Assembly (NCBI GenBank): GCA_963842945.1
Contig: CAWJIM010000010.1
Location: 1-31,638 of the forward strand
Reading direction: 5' to 3'
DNA: 31,638 nt
Source of the DNA: an uncultured Gemmatimonadales bacterium
GTDB taxonomy: Bacteria; Gemmatimonadota; Gemmatimonadetes; Gemmatimonadales; GWC2-71-9
Numbering within the stretch: position 1 is the first letter of the stretch; each line of letters opens with the position of its first letter. Below are positions 1-8,878 of the stretch, piece by piece. Position numbers and translations under genes: made by a program. Below the pieces are notes generated by a model. The model saw only the letters and a list, made by a program, of their open reading frames with translations, was not told the origin of the DNA and searched no databases.

Positions 1-44
1 TTCCCACGGCGGCGGCCATGTACCGCGCCTTTGGGGTGATCTGA
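1..44 (+). CDS. cdsA: 3' end of upstream gene, probably phosphatidate cytidylyltransferase (partial)
   Basis: Frame reads ...PTAAAMYRAFGVI* with TGA at 42-44 overlapping the dxr ATG (TGATG). Identity is inferred only from the conserved cdsA-dxr-rseP order. Confidence 0.5.
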   Translation, partial: PTAAAMYRAFGVI

Positions 45-1180
45 TGACCGTGACTCGCACCCAGCGAGGTGTGGCTCTCCTGGGCTCGACCGGGTCAATT
101 GGTCACAGCACCCTGGATGTGCTCCGGCGGCAGCAGGAGCACTTCCGGCTGGTGGCGCTCACCGCCGGACGGAACCGGGCAAAGCTGGAGGCGCAGGTCT
201 CGGAGTGGCAACCATCGTACGCTGCCCTTGCGGGAGTGAGTAGCGATTCGCGCTGGCCTTCGGGGCCGGACGTGCTGATCGAGGCCGCCACCCACCCGGA
301 TGCCGATATCGTGGTGAACGCGGTCGTTGGGGCCGCCGGTCTCGAGGCCACGCTCGCCGCGCTTCAAGCCGGCAAGCGGGTGGCGCTGGCCAACAAAGAA
401 ACACTGGTGATGGCCGGAGATCTGGTGGCGCAGGCCGCCTGTGCCGGGGGCGGCGAGATCGTCCCGATCGACTCGGAGCACAGCGCGGTGCTGCAGTGCG
501 TTACCGGGCGGGACAACGGTCTTGCACGACTGATCCTGACTGCATCAGGCGGTCCCTTCCGGGGATGGGAGCCGGAGCGGCTGTGGCATGCTACCGTGGA
601 GGAAGCACTGCAGCATCCGACCTGGCGGATGGGCACCAAAATCACAGTGGACTGTGCTACTCTGGCCAACAAGGCGCTCGAGCTGATCGAGGCACACTAT
701 TTGTTCGGCTTGCCCTATGATGCGCTGGACGTGGTGGTACATCCCCAGAGCGTGGTGCATGCCTTCACCGAGTTCTGTGACGGCAGTGTTCTGGCTCAGC
801 TGGGATTTCCCTCCATGGAGCTGCCGATTCTGTACGCGCTGACCCATCCTGAACGGCTGCCCGACTCCGGGGTTCGCCGGTTCGATCCCATCGCGGCGGG
901 GCCGCTCACGTTCGAGCCGGTGCGTACGGAGGTGTTCCGAGCTCTGCAGTGCGGGATTTCCGCGGGGCGGGCCGGCGGTACCGCTCCGGCCGTTTTCAAC
1001 GCAGCCAACGAGGTTGCGGTTGCTGCCTTTCTCGAGGGCGCCATTCCCTTCGGCCGGATCAGCGAAACCATCGAGATGACGCTGGAGGCCCATCAACCGG
1101 GACCGGCAACCTCGGTGGAGGCGGTGAAGGCCGCCGATCGCTGGGCCCGTGCGACGGCTCGCCGGAGAGTAGAGAGCTGA
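44..1180 (+). CDS. dxr: 1-deoxy-D-xylulose-5-phosphate reductoisomerase
   Basis: LLGSTGSIG NADPH motif, LANKETLV, PIDSEHSA, LTASGGPF, HPTWRMG-KIT, NAANEVAV. Confidence 0.98.
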   Translation: MTVTRTQRGVALLGSTGSIGHSTLDVLRRQQEHFRLVALTAGRNRAKLEAQVSEWQPSYAALAGVSSDSRWPSGPDVLIEAATHPDADIVVNAVVGAAGLEATLAALQAGKRVALANKETLVMAGDLVAQAACAGGGEIVPIDSEHSAVLQCVTGRDNGLARLILTASGGPFRGWEPERLWHATVEEALQHPTWRMGTKITVDCATLANKALELIEAHYLFGLPYDALDVVVHPQSVVHAFTEFCDGSVLAQLGFPSMELPILYALTHPERLPDSGVRRFDPIAAGPLTFEPVRTEVFRALQCGISAGRAGGTAPAVFNAANEVAVAAFLEGAIPFGRISETIEMTLEAHQPGPATSVEAVKAADRWARATARRRVES

Positions 1181-2547
1181 TGCTGATCACCGTACTGTCG
1201 TTGATCGTCGTCCTCGGTGTCCTCGTGTTCGTGCACGAAGCAGGACACTTCCTCGCCGCCAAATGGGCCGGGATTTACGTGCACCGCTTCTCCCTCGGTC
1301 TGGGTCCCCCCATCCCGTGGCTCACCTTCCGGCGAGGTGAGACCGAGTATTCGATCTCCTGGCTGCCCCTCGGCGGCTATGTGAAGATGGCGAGCAGGGA
1401 GGAGGACCTCGGCAGCAGTGCGCTCGAAGGTGGCGCGCCCACCGCGATGGTGCCGCCCAATCGGGTGTTCGAGGCGAAGCCGATGTGGCAGCGGATGGTG
1501 GTGATTCTGGCCGGGGTCACCATGAACGCGCTCTTTGCCTGGGCTATGTTCTCGTTTCTGGCGTACAAGAACGGCCGGCAGATCGATCCGGTCACTACCG
1601 TCGGACGCGTCCTCACCGAGGGGCTCCCTCAGGACGCCGCCGCGCTGACGCAGATTTCTCCCGGGTCGAAGATCACTCGGGTCAATGGTGACACCGTCAC
1701 GTCCTGGGACCAGATCGTGGACGGGATCGCCAACGCCTCGGCGCCCGAAGTCCGGATCGATCTGGATCGGGGGCAGACCGTGGTTCTCCCGATCCATCCT
1801 GACGCCCTGGAGGACCGGCTGAGGGCCGCCCATGCGCTGCAGCCATTTCGGGTCCCGGTCATCGGTGAGGTGCTGCCGGACAAGCCCGCCGCGCGAGCGG
1901 GCATTCGGAAGGGAGATTCGGTTGTTGCGGTGAACGGCCGGCAGGTCGGGCAGTGGTATGACCTGCTGGAGGTGGTGCAGCAGTCAGGCTCCGATCAGAC
2001 ACTGGCCATAACCGTGTCGCGGAACGGAGAACGGCAGGAAGTTCGGATGCGGCCCTATACCGACACAGTGCCCGGGCTCGATGGCAAACCCAAGGCAATT
2101 GGGCGCATCGGGATCGCGGTCGGGAACGACTTCGTCTCCGAGAAGCTCGATTTGACTCAGGCTATCAGGGAGGGAGGGCGAGCGACCGCCGGGGCCTCCA
2201 CCCAAGTTCTGCGGACAGTACGGGGACTCTTCAGCGGCAGAATATCGGGGCGAAACGTGGGCGGGCCTATTCTGATCGGGCAGCTTGCCGGCCAGAGCGC
2301 CCGGATGGGTATGGACGCGTTCTTCGGCTTCATGGCCCTGATCTCGATCAATCTCGCCATTTTGAATCTGCTTCCCGTACCGGTGCTGGACGGAGGACAG
2401 TTCCTGTTCCTGCTGGCGGAGGCGGTGATTCGCCGGCCGTTGCCGGTCAAGCTGCGGGAACGCCTCACGACAGTAGGCCTGGTGCTCATCATCCTGCTGA
2501 TGGGCCTGGCCTTCTCCAACGACTTCAGGCGGCTGTTCGGCGGGTAG
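1180..2547 (+). CDS. rseP: RIP zinc metalloprotease RseP (M50, two PDZ domains)
   Basis: Start ATG 1180 overlaps dxr TGA. HEAGH zinc motif, LPLGGYVKM, NLLPVPVLDGG. The ORF-track extension to 949 overlaps dxr and is rejected. Confidence 0.96.
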   Translation: MLITVLSLIVVLGVLVFVHEAGHFLAAKWAGIYVHRFSLGLGPPIPWLTFRRGETEYSISWLPLGGYVKMASREEDLGSSALEGGAPTAMVPPNRVFEAKPMWQRMVVILAGVTMNALFAWAMFSFLAYKNGRQIDPVTTVGRVLTEGLPQDAAALTQISPGSKITRVNGDTVTSWDQIVDGIANASAPEVRIDLDRGQTVVLPIHPDALEDRLRAAHALQPFRVPVIGEVLPDKPAARAGIRKGDSVVAVNGRQVGQWYDLLEVVQQSGSDQTLAITVSRNGERQEVRMRPYTDTVPGLDGKPKAIGRIGIAVGNDFVSEKLDLTQAIREGGRATAGASTQVLRTVRGLFSGRISGRNVGGPILIGQLAGQSARMGMDAFFGFMALISINLAILNLLPVPVLDGGQFLFLLAEAVIRRPLPVKLRERLTTVGLVLIILLMGLAFSNDFRRLFGG

Positions 2548-2549
2548 CT

Positions 2550-3119
2550 TCAAGGCTCGCTGACGCTGGTGATTACCGACTCCAGCTGCTCAGGAGTGCG
2601 CTGCCGGCATTCCCGTTTGAGGTCCTCGATATCGCTGGCCAGGAACCTCCCTAACAATCCTTCCGTGCTCACCTCGAAGGCGGGAATGTCTTTTTTCGAC
2701 GCAGTGTTGGAGTAGAGTGCGATGACCGCACTGCGGTCGAACTGGTAGAACGAATACGCGGGATAGCGGCTGAAGAGCCAGATCTCCACAGGCTTCCCGT
2801 ATTCGCGCGCCAGCCGGTAGCAGTACCGGTAGGCATCCATCACCAGTGTGGGAGTAAGCGGCCCGTCCTCGAAGCGCCGGGAGAGCGAGAACATGAGCTC
2901 ATGGTTCTCCAGATCGGGCAGGAAGACATTCATCGTCGTATCGCTGCGGGCGAGAAAGGTCTTGATTGCGGCCGAGTGATTCTCCCGCCAGCGGCGCGAG
3001 TGGATGAAGTAGAGGGCCATATTGCTGGATTCGGCAATCAGCTCCTCGAACCGCTGGTAGAACCCCGCAAAGGGCCCGACGCGGATTATCCCGGAGAGGT
3101 GATCCTGGGTGCTGGCCAT
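2550..3119 (-). CDS. Hypothetical protein, possibly PLD-like/DUF5919-like alpha/beta fold
   Basis: 189-aa ORF filling the rseP-rpsO gap with protein-like composition. The C-terminal pattern IWLFSRYPAYSFYQFDRSAVIALY resembles catalytically degenerate PLD-fold domains (no HKD). The family call is tentative. Confidence 0.7.
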   Translation of the reverse strand: MASTQDHLSGIIRVGPFAGFYQRFEELIAESSNMALYFIHSRRWRENHSAAIKTFLARSDTTMNVFLPDLENHELMFSLSRRFEDGPLTPTLVMDAYRYCYRLAREYGKPVEIWLFSRYPAYSFYQFDRSAVIALYSNTASKKDIPAFEVSTEGLLGRFLASDIEDLKRECRQRTPEQLESVITSVSEP

Positions 3120-3326
3120 GTGTCAGACTACACTCCCCCTCCTGTTCCCGATAGCTCGACCAGCTCGTGTTCCTTCGCCCACACCTGGACGTCTGGACGC
3201 TCGGAAGTAGCGACCTGGACAGACGTGCTGGCTGCCTCTGGGGCACAGGCATCATCTGCCTTGCCCCGGCGAGCGGCTGTTCGGGGTTGCCTCGGGCCGG
3301 CAACCCGGCTTATTTTGCCGTGCTAC

Positions 3327-3354
3327 AACGGATTACGATCGCGAGACATCTGTT
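3327..3354 (+). promoter_or_regulatory. Candidate rpsO 5' leader hairpin (S15 autoregulation?)
   Basis: AACGGAT (3327-3333) pairs with ATCTGTT (3348-3354) including adjacent G-U/G-C pairs, with an inner TC-GCGA-GA GNRA loop. A possible promoter TTGCCT-18-TATTTT lies at 3287-3316. Confidence 0.35.
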
Positions 3355-3370
3355 CAGAGGACCCGAGGGC

Positions 3371-3631
3371 ATGAGCTTCGACAAGCAGGCAGTGGTAGCA
3401 AAGCACCAGGCGCATCCCACCGACACCGGCTCAGCCAAGGTGCAGGTGGCGCTCCTGACCGAGCGGATCAACTCCCTCACCGATCACTTCCGTACCCACC
3501 TCAAGGATCATCACAGCCGACGCGGTCTGCTGAAGATGGTGGGTACCCGGCGCCGCTTGCTGACGTACCTCAAGCGAAGTGACCTGCCGACCTACCGGGC
3601 ATTGATCGAGCAGCTCGGGCTCAGGCACTAA
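3371..3631 (+). CDS. rpsO: 30S ribosomal protein S15
   Basis: MSFDKQAVV...[12 protein letters not shown]...[31 protein letters not shown] before ATG 3371; directly upstream of pnp. Confidence 0.98.
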   Translation: MSFDKQAVVAKHQAHPTDTGSAKVQVALLTERINSLTDHFRTHLKDHHSRRGLLKMVGTRRRLLTYLKRSDLPTYRALIEQLGLRH

Positions 3632-3647
3632 CTCTTGCGTTATCCGG

Positions 3648-3684
3648 GGGCGTCCTGATCCAGCATCGGGACGCCCTCTTTGTA
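3648..3684 (+). terminator. Intrinsic terminator/attenuator after rpsO
   Basis: GGGCGTCCTGAT-CCAGC-ATCGGGACGCCC 12-bp stem (one G-U) followed by TCTTTGT. Confidence 0.7.
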
Positions 3685-3685
3685 T

Positions 3686-3756
3686 GAGTCAGGAGCCAAG
3701 CGTCGGTGTCGGGACCGACGGCTAAAGCTCCAGACTCTCGATTCCTGACTCCCGAC
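3686..3756 (+). repeat. Heptamer-repeat hairpin in pnp leader
   Basis: GAGTCAGGAGC ... inner CGTCGGT/ACCGACG stem ... CAGACTC-TCGATTC-CTGACTC-CCGAC (7-nt period); the left arm is complementary to the right arm. Confidence 0.6.
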
Positions 3757-3792
3757 AGAGCAGCAAAGAAGCCTCGAGAGAGAGAAACGACA

Positions 3793-5883
3793 GTGACAGT
3801 TCAACGCATTGAAACCGAATTCGCGGGACGCCAGCTGACCATCGAGACGGGCCGTCTGGCCCGGCAAGCCTCCGGTTCCGCCCTGGTTCGCTACGGCGAT
3901 ACCATGGTCCTAGCCGCGGTAACTGTGTCACCCAACATATCCAGCCTCCCGTTCTTTCCCCTCACGGTCGAGTACCGGGAAAAGACCTATGCCGCGGGCA
4001 AGATTCCCGGCGGATTTCTGAAGCGTGAGGGCCGTCCTTCCGACAAGGAAATCCTGGCCAGCCGGCTGATCGATCGCTCGATCCGCCCGCTGTTCCCCGA
4101 GGGGTTCAAGAACGAAGTCCAGGTGTTCGTGACCGTGCTGTCCGCCGATCAGGAGAACGATGCCGACATCCTCGGGGTCGTGGCCGCGGCTACGGCACTT
4201 GGCCTGTCTACGGTGCCCTGGAACGGTCCTCTGGCCGGAGTCCGGGTTGGTCGGGTGGAGGGAAATTGGATCCTCAATCCCACCTTCCAGCAGCTGGAGT
4301 TCTCCAGCATCGATTTGGTGGTCAGCGGATCGGCCGATTCGATCGTGATGGTCGAAGGCGGCTCGCTCGAGGTCTCCGAGGCTGAAATGCTCGAGGCCCT
4401 GAAGGTGGCCCAGAAGGGCATTCGCGAGCTGCTCGGGCTGGAGAAAAAACTGATCGACAAGAGCGGTCCAATCCAGAAGCTCAAGTGGACCAAGGCAGAG
4501 CCGGATCCCGTCCTGTTGGCCAAGGTGCGGGAGCTGGCGGAGAACCAAATGGCGCAGGCCATCAACGCCAAGGACAAGGCCAGCCGGTCGACCGGCGTGA
4601 AGGCGATCAAAGAGCAGATCATGGCGACGCTGCTCGCGGAATACGCCGACCGGGGCCGCGACATTTCCGAGGAGCTCGAAGAGATCGAGTACAACGTCAT
4701 GCGGAAGCAGGTGTTGGAGAAGTCCGAGCGGGTGGACGGCCGTGACCTGGACACCATCCGGCCCATCACCATCGAGACCGGAGCTCTGCCTCGCACCCAT
4801 GGATCGGCGATCTTCACCCGCGGGCAGACCCAGGCCCTGGTCTCGGTAACCCTCGGCACCAGCGACGATGAGCAGCGGATCGACAGCATCGACGTGGCCG
4901 GGGAGACCACCAAGTCGTTCATGCTGCACTACAACTTCCCGCCCTTCTCGACCGGCGAGGTCAAGATGATGCGGGGCACCAGCCGCCGGGAGATCGGGCA
5001 TGGGGCCCTGGCGGAGCGGGCGCTGCAGCCCCTGCTGCCGCACTACGAGGACTTTCCCTACACCCTCCGCGTCGTCTCCGAGATCCTGGAGTCCAACGGC
5101 TCTTCGTCGATGGCCACCGTTTGCGGCGGCTCGCTGGCCCTGATGGATGCCGGCGTGCCGATGAAGGCGCCTTGCGCCGGCGTGGCCATGGGTCTCATCA
5201 AGGAAGGGGACAAGGTCGCGGTGCTGACCGACATCCTCGGCTCTGAGGACCACCTGGGTGACATGGACTTCAAGGTGGCGGGGACCGAGAAGGGCATCAC
5301 CTCGATTCAGATGGACATCAAGATCCTGGGCCTCGAGCTCAAGATCATGGAGCAGGCCCTGGAGCGAGCCCGCAAAGGCCGCCTGCACATCCTGAAAGAA
5401 ATGTCCAAGGCTCTGCCGAATGCCCGGACCGAGCTGTCGAAGTACGCGCCCCGGATCTTCACCATGCAGATCAAGCCCGACAAGATCGGAGACGTCATCG
5501 GTCCCAAGGGCAAGACGATCCGCGGGATTCAGGACGCCACCGGGGCCAAGATCAGCATCGAGGATACCGGTGTGGTCACCATCTCCGCGGTTGGGGGCGA
5601 GGCCGGCGAGAAAGCTCGCGCCATGGTTGCCGCCATCACCACGGAGCCGGAGGTGGGACGTACCTACGAAGGCCCGGTGAAGAGCACCACCGCCTTCGGC
5701 GCTTTTGTCGAGATTCTGCCCGGGGTGGAGGGTTTGCTCCACATCAGCGAGCTGCAGCACGGCCGCACGGAAAAGACCGAAGACGTGGTCAAGAAGGGGG
5801 ATATCGTTCAGGTCAAGCTGCTCGAGGTAGATGACCGCGGGCGGATGAAGCTCTCTCGGAAGGCGCTGCTGCCCAGGGACTAG
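3793..5883 (+). CDS. pnp: Polyribonucleotide nucleotidyltransferase (PNPase)
   Basis: FFPLTVEYREK, AGKIPGGFLKREGRP, RREIGHG, SNGSSSMA, DMDFKVAG, KH and S1 domains. Start taken at GTG 3793 after the purine-rich GAGAGAGAGAAA. Confidence 0.98.
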   Translation: MTVQRIETEFAGRQLTIETGRLARQASGSALVRYGDTMVLAAVTVSPNISSLPFFPLTVEYREKTYAAGKIPGGFLKREGRPSDKEILASRLIDRSIRPLFPEGFKNEVQVFVTVLSADQENDADILGVVAAATALGLSTVPWNGPLAGVRVGRVEGNWILNPTFQQLEFSSIDLVVSGSADSIVMVEGGSLEVSEAEMLEALKVAQKGIRELLGLEKKLIDKSGPIQKLKWTKAEPDPVLLAKVRELAENQMAQAINAKDKASRSTGVKAIKEQIMATLLAEYADRGRDISEELEEIEYNVMRKQVLEKSERVDGRDLDTIRPITIETGALPRTHGSAIFTRGQTQALVSVTLGTSDDEQRIDSIDVAGETTKSFMLHYNFPPFSTGEVKMMRGTSRREIGHGALAERALQPLLPHYEDFPYTLRVVSEILESNGSSSMATVCGGSLALMDAGVPMKAPCAGVAMGLIKEGDKVAVLTDILGSEDHLGDMDFKVAGTEKGITSIQMDIKILGLELKIMEQALERARKGRLHILKEMSKALPNARTELSKYAPRIFTMQIKPDKIGDVIGPKGKTIRGIQDATGAKISIEDTGVVTISAVGGEAGEKARAMVAAITTEPEVGRTYEGPVKSTTAFGAFVEILPGVEGLLHISELQHGRTEKTEDVVKKGDIVQVKLLEVDDRGRMKLSRKALLPRD

Positions 5884-5889
5884 CCCTTC

Positions 5890-7149
5890 GTGGAAACGGC
5901 TCAACTCGACGAAGGGCTGTTCAGGACCACCGCTCCCAACGGACTGGTGGTCCTCAGCGAGAAACTGGCGGGCGTACGCTCGGCTGCGGTGGGTATCTAC
6001 GTGCGCACCGCCAGTGCGCACGAGGAGCCCAGGCAACTCGGCATTTCCCATCTCCTGGAACACATGGTGTTCAAGGGAACCGAGCGGCGGAGCGCCCGGC
6101 AGCTGGCGCTCGAGCTGGAGGTGCGGGGAGGGGGCCTAGACGCTTTTACCAGCCGCGACTACACCAGCTATCAGGCCCATGTACTCGACGCCGATCTGCC
6201 CCTGGCGGTCGAGATTCTCACCGATCTGGTCCGCCGCCCGCTCCTGCGGCAAAGCGACCTCGAGTCCGAGCGCAATGTGGTGCTGGAGGAGATCAACGGG
6301 GTGGCCGATACACCCGACGATCTGGTGTTCGAGATACACGCTCGCACGCTCTGGCCTCAACACCCTTACGGCTACTCGATTCTCGGCACCGCGGACAGTC
6401 TGGATGCCGTTTCGGCGGAGAACCTGCGGGCACTGCACCAGCAGGGCTACTACCGAGGCAACTGCGTCATAGCGGCTGCGGGGAACGTCGACCACAAGCA
6501 GCTGCTCACCGTGCTGGAGCGGGAAGGCTGGTTCGAGGGTAATGTGCTCGAGCCGTCCCGGGCCGGAGTAAAGCCGGTTCCCGCGGTGCGCGGGGGACAC
6601 TGCACCGAGCACCGCGACACCGCGCAGACCCACATAGTCTTCGGCACCGACACCTTTCCCCTCCGCGATCCCCGCCGCTTTCCTCTCGCCATCCTGACCA
6701 ATGCATTTGGCGGCGGCATGTCCAGCAGGCTCTTTCAGCGGATCCGGGAGGAGCTGGGCCTGGCCTACGCCATCTTTGCGTACAAGCATTTCTACCAGGC
6801 GTCCGGGCAGCTTGGAGTTTATGTGGGTACTCAGCCCGCAACCGCCGACCAGGCTACCGCTGCTATCCGGGATGAATACGCCAAGCTCGCCAGCGAGGGC
6901 CTGCCGCCCGCCGAGCTCACCAACGGCAAGCAGCAGCTCAAAGGGCAGATCATGCTTTCGCTGGAGAGCCCTGGTGCCCGGATGGCGCGGCTAGCCGGGT
7001 TCACGCTGTATGACGACCATTATCGGCCGCTGGACGAGATGCTCCGGGAAATCGACGCGGTCACCCCGGACGCCGTCATGGATGTGGCTGCTGAGTTCTT
7101 CGCCCCCGACCGGCAGACGGTGGTACGTTTGGGGCCAGACAAACCGTGA
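5890..7149 (+). CDS. M16 (pitrilysin/insulinase) family zinc peptidase
   Basis: Inverted zinc motif HLLEHMVFKGT and GGGMSSRLFQRIREELGLAY; usual position after pnp. Confidence 0.93.
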   Translation: METAQLDEGLFRTTAPNGLVVLSEKLAGVRSAAVGIYVRTASAHEEPRQLGISHLLEHMVFKGTERRSARQLALELEVRGGGLDAFTSRDYTSYQAHVLDADLPLAVEILTDLVRRPLLRQSDLESERNVVLEEINGVADTPDDLVFEIHARTLWPQHPYGYSILGTADSLDAVSAENLRALHQQGYYRGNCVIAAAGNVDHKQLLTVLEREGWFEGNVLEPSRAGVKPVPAVRGGHCTEHRDTAQTHIVFGTDTFPLRDPRRFPLAILTNAFGGGMSSRLFQRIREELGLAYAIFAYKHFYQASGQLGVYVGTQPATADQATAAIRDEYAKLASEGLPPAELTNGKQQLKGQIMLSLESPGARMARLAGFTLYDDHYRPLDEMLREIDAVTPDAVMDVAAEFFAPDRQTVVRLGPDKP

Positions 7150-7220
7150 ACGGTTAACAGTTAACAGTAAACGGGAGTGGGTGGTGAACCCCGTTTACCG
7201 TTTTCCGTTTACCGTTGACG
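7144..7220. repeat. Inverted heptamer tandem-repeat hairpin between M16 peptidase and ald
   Basis: Left arm CCGTGAA-CGGTTAA-CAGTTAA-CAGTAAA-CGGG; right arm CCGTTTA-CCGTTTT-CCGTTTA-CCGTTGA; the arms are imperfect reverse complements. Confidence 0.8.
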
Positions 7221-7247
7221 CTTTTGACCCTCACCTCAGGAACAGCG

Positions 7248-8360
7248 ATGCGTATCGGCGTCCCGAAGGAGATCAAGACCAACGAGAACCGCATCGCCCT
7301 GGTGCCCGCGGGGGCGGAAGCGCTCGTCGCTGCCGGTCATACGGTATTGGTGGAGCAGGGAGCGGGAGCGGGAAGCGGATTTTCGGACGACGCGTATCGC
7401 GCCGTCGGCGCCAGTATCCTGCCTACGGCCGACGACGTGTGGCAGCAGGCCGAGATGATCATGAAGGTGAAGGAGCCGATCGCGGTGGAGTGGCCGCGGA
7501 TGCGCCGCGGTCAGGTGATCTACACTTACTTCCACTTTGCCGCCGCCGAAGACCTGACCCGGGCGGTCATCGACTCCGGTGCCATCGCGGTTGCCTACGA
7601 GACCGTGCAGATCCCCAGTGGCGAGCTGCCCCTGCTGACTCCCATGTCGGAGGTGGCCGGCCGGATGGCGGTTCAGGAAGGGGCGAAATACCTGGAGAAG
7701 GTGTTCGGCGGCAGCGGCATCCTGCTGGGTGGGGTCCCCGGCGTCGCGCCGGGGCAGGTCCTGATCATCGGCGGAGGGGTGGTGGGCATCAATGCGGCCA
7801 AGATGGCTGCAGGGCTGGGTGCCCACGTGACGATTCTGGACATCTCGCTGGACCGGTTGCGCTACCTGGACGACGTCCTCCCCAGCAACGTGGATACCGT
7901 CTACTCCAATCGCCATAACATCTTGGACGCGCTCCGCCGGGCCGATCTGGTGGTCGGGGCGGTCCTGTTGCCGGGAGCCAAAGCCCCCCACCTGGTCAAG
8001 CGGGCTGACCTGAAGCTGATGAAGCCCGGTTCGGTCATCGTGGACGTGGCGGTAGACCAGGGTGGCTGTGTTGAGACCATCAAGCCGACCACCCACGAGA
8101 ACCCCACCTACTTCGTCGACGGCATTCTGCATTACGCCGTGGCAAATATGCCTGGCGGCGTCCCCCGAACTTCCACCCTCGCGCTCACCAATGCTACGCT
8201 GCCATACGGACTTAAGCTGGCCAAACAGGGCTGGCGTGCGGCGTGCAAGTCCGACCCGTCTCTGCGGCTAGGGCTGAACGTCGTCGAAGGGAAAGTGGTA
8301 TACCCTGGTGTGGCCGAGGCCTTCCGCCTGCCGCTCACCGACGTCAACACCGTTGTCTGA
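7248..8360 (+). CDS. ald: Alanine dehydrogenase
   Basis: [64 protein letters not shown] before ATG 7248. Confidence 0.97.
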   Translation: MRIGVPKEIKTNENRIALVPAGAEALVAAGHTVLVEQGAGAGSGFSDDAYRAVGASILPTADDVWQQAEMIMKVKEPIAVEWPRMRRGQVIYTYFHFAAAEDLTRAVIDSGAIAVAYETVQIPSGELPLLTPMSEVAGRMAVQEGAKYLEKVFGGSGILLGGVPGVAPGQVLIIGGGVVGINAAKMAAGLGAHVTILDISLDRLRYLDDVLPSNVDTVYSNRHNILDALRRADLVVGAVLLPGAKAPHLVKRADLKLMKPGSVIVDVAVDQGGCVETIKPTTHENPTYFVDGILHYAVANMPGGVPRTSTLALTNATLPYGLKLAKQGWRAACKSDPSLRLGLNVVEGKVVYPGVAEAFRLPLTDVNTVV

Positions 8361-8817
8361 TTTGTCTCGGACCGGTAGCCCAGTGGAAGTGCTCCTCACC
8401 CGGCTATCTCATGCCGAGGACCTTCCGCTCCCCGCACCGGCCACCCCGGGATCTGCCGGGTACGACCTGGCCAGTGCGGATGAAGGCGAACTGGGACCGT
8501 TGGAGCGGAAGCTGTTCCGGACTGGCTTCAGCATTGCGGTTCCGGAGGGTTACGAGTGTCAGATCAGGCCCCGCTCTGGTCTGGCCCTCCGGCACGGGAT
8601 TACGCTGCCGAACACACCGGCCACCATTGATAGCGACTACCGGGGCGAGTTGATGGTGGCCCTGGTGAATCTTGGAGCCGAGCCGTTTCGAATCACCCGG
8701 GGCATGCGTATCGCCCAGATGGTCGTGGCCAAGGTGGAACGAGTGGCCTTCGTTCCGGTCGACGCGTTGCCGCCAACGACCAGAGGCACAGGCGGGTTCG
8801 GCAGTAGCGGGAGGTAG
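8353..8817 (+). CDS. dut: dUTP diphosphatase (trimeric dUTPase)
   Basis: SAGYDL, RPRSGLA, TIDSDYRGE, RIAQMV, RGTGGFGSSG. Start uncertain: TTG 8353 overlapping the ald stop, or GTG 8383. Confidence 0.95.
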   Translation: MSDLSRTGSPVEVLLTRLSHAEDLPLPAPATPGSAGYDLASADEGELGPLERKLFRTGFSIAVPEGYECQIRPRSGLALRHGITLPNTPATIDSDYRGELMVALVNLGAEPFRITRGMRIAQMVVAKVERVAFVPVDALPPTTRGTGGFGSSGR

Positions 8818-8854
8818 CTTCCAGCGGCATACCGGTCCTTTTACCTTCAGCGCC

Positions 8855-8878
8855 ATGTGCCTAGCGGCTCCTTCATGA
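8855..8878 (+). other. Candidate leaderless 7-codon uORF (MCLAAPS) coupled to mreB
   Basis: TACCTT (8842-8847), 7 nt, ATG 8855; its stop TGA 8876-8878 overlaps mreB ATG 8875 (ATGA). Confidence 0.35.

Noticed and set aside
949..1179. N-terminal extensions of rseP (also larB 25601, guaA 20971, rpsO 3167, pnp 3706) in the ORF track
   Set aside because: They overlap upstream genes or regulatory DNA and are R/G/P-rich; better starts exist at stop/start overlaps or after an RBS.
3928..6063. 711-aa antisense ORF over pnp
   Set aside because: Shadow ORF expected from high-GC codon bias; no recognisable motifs.
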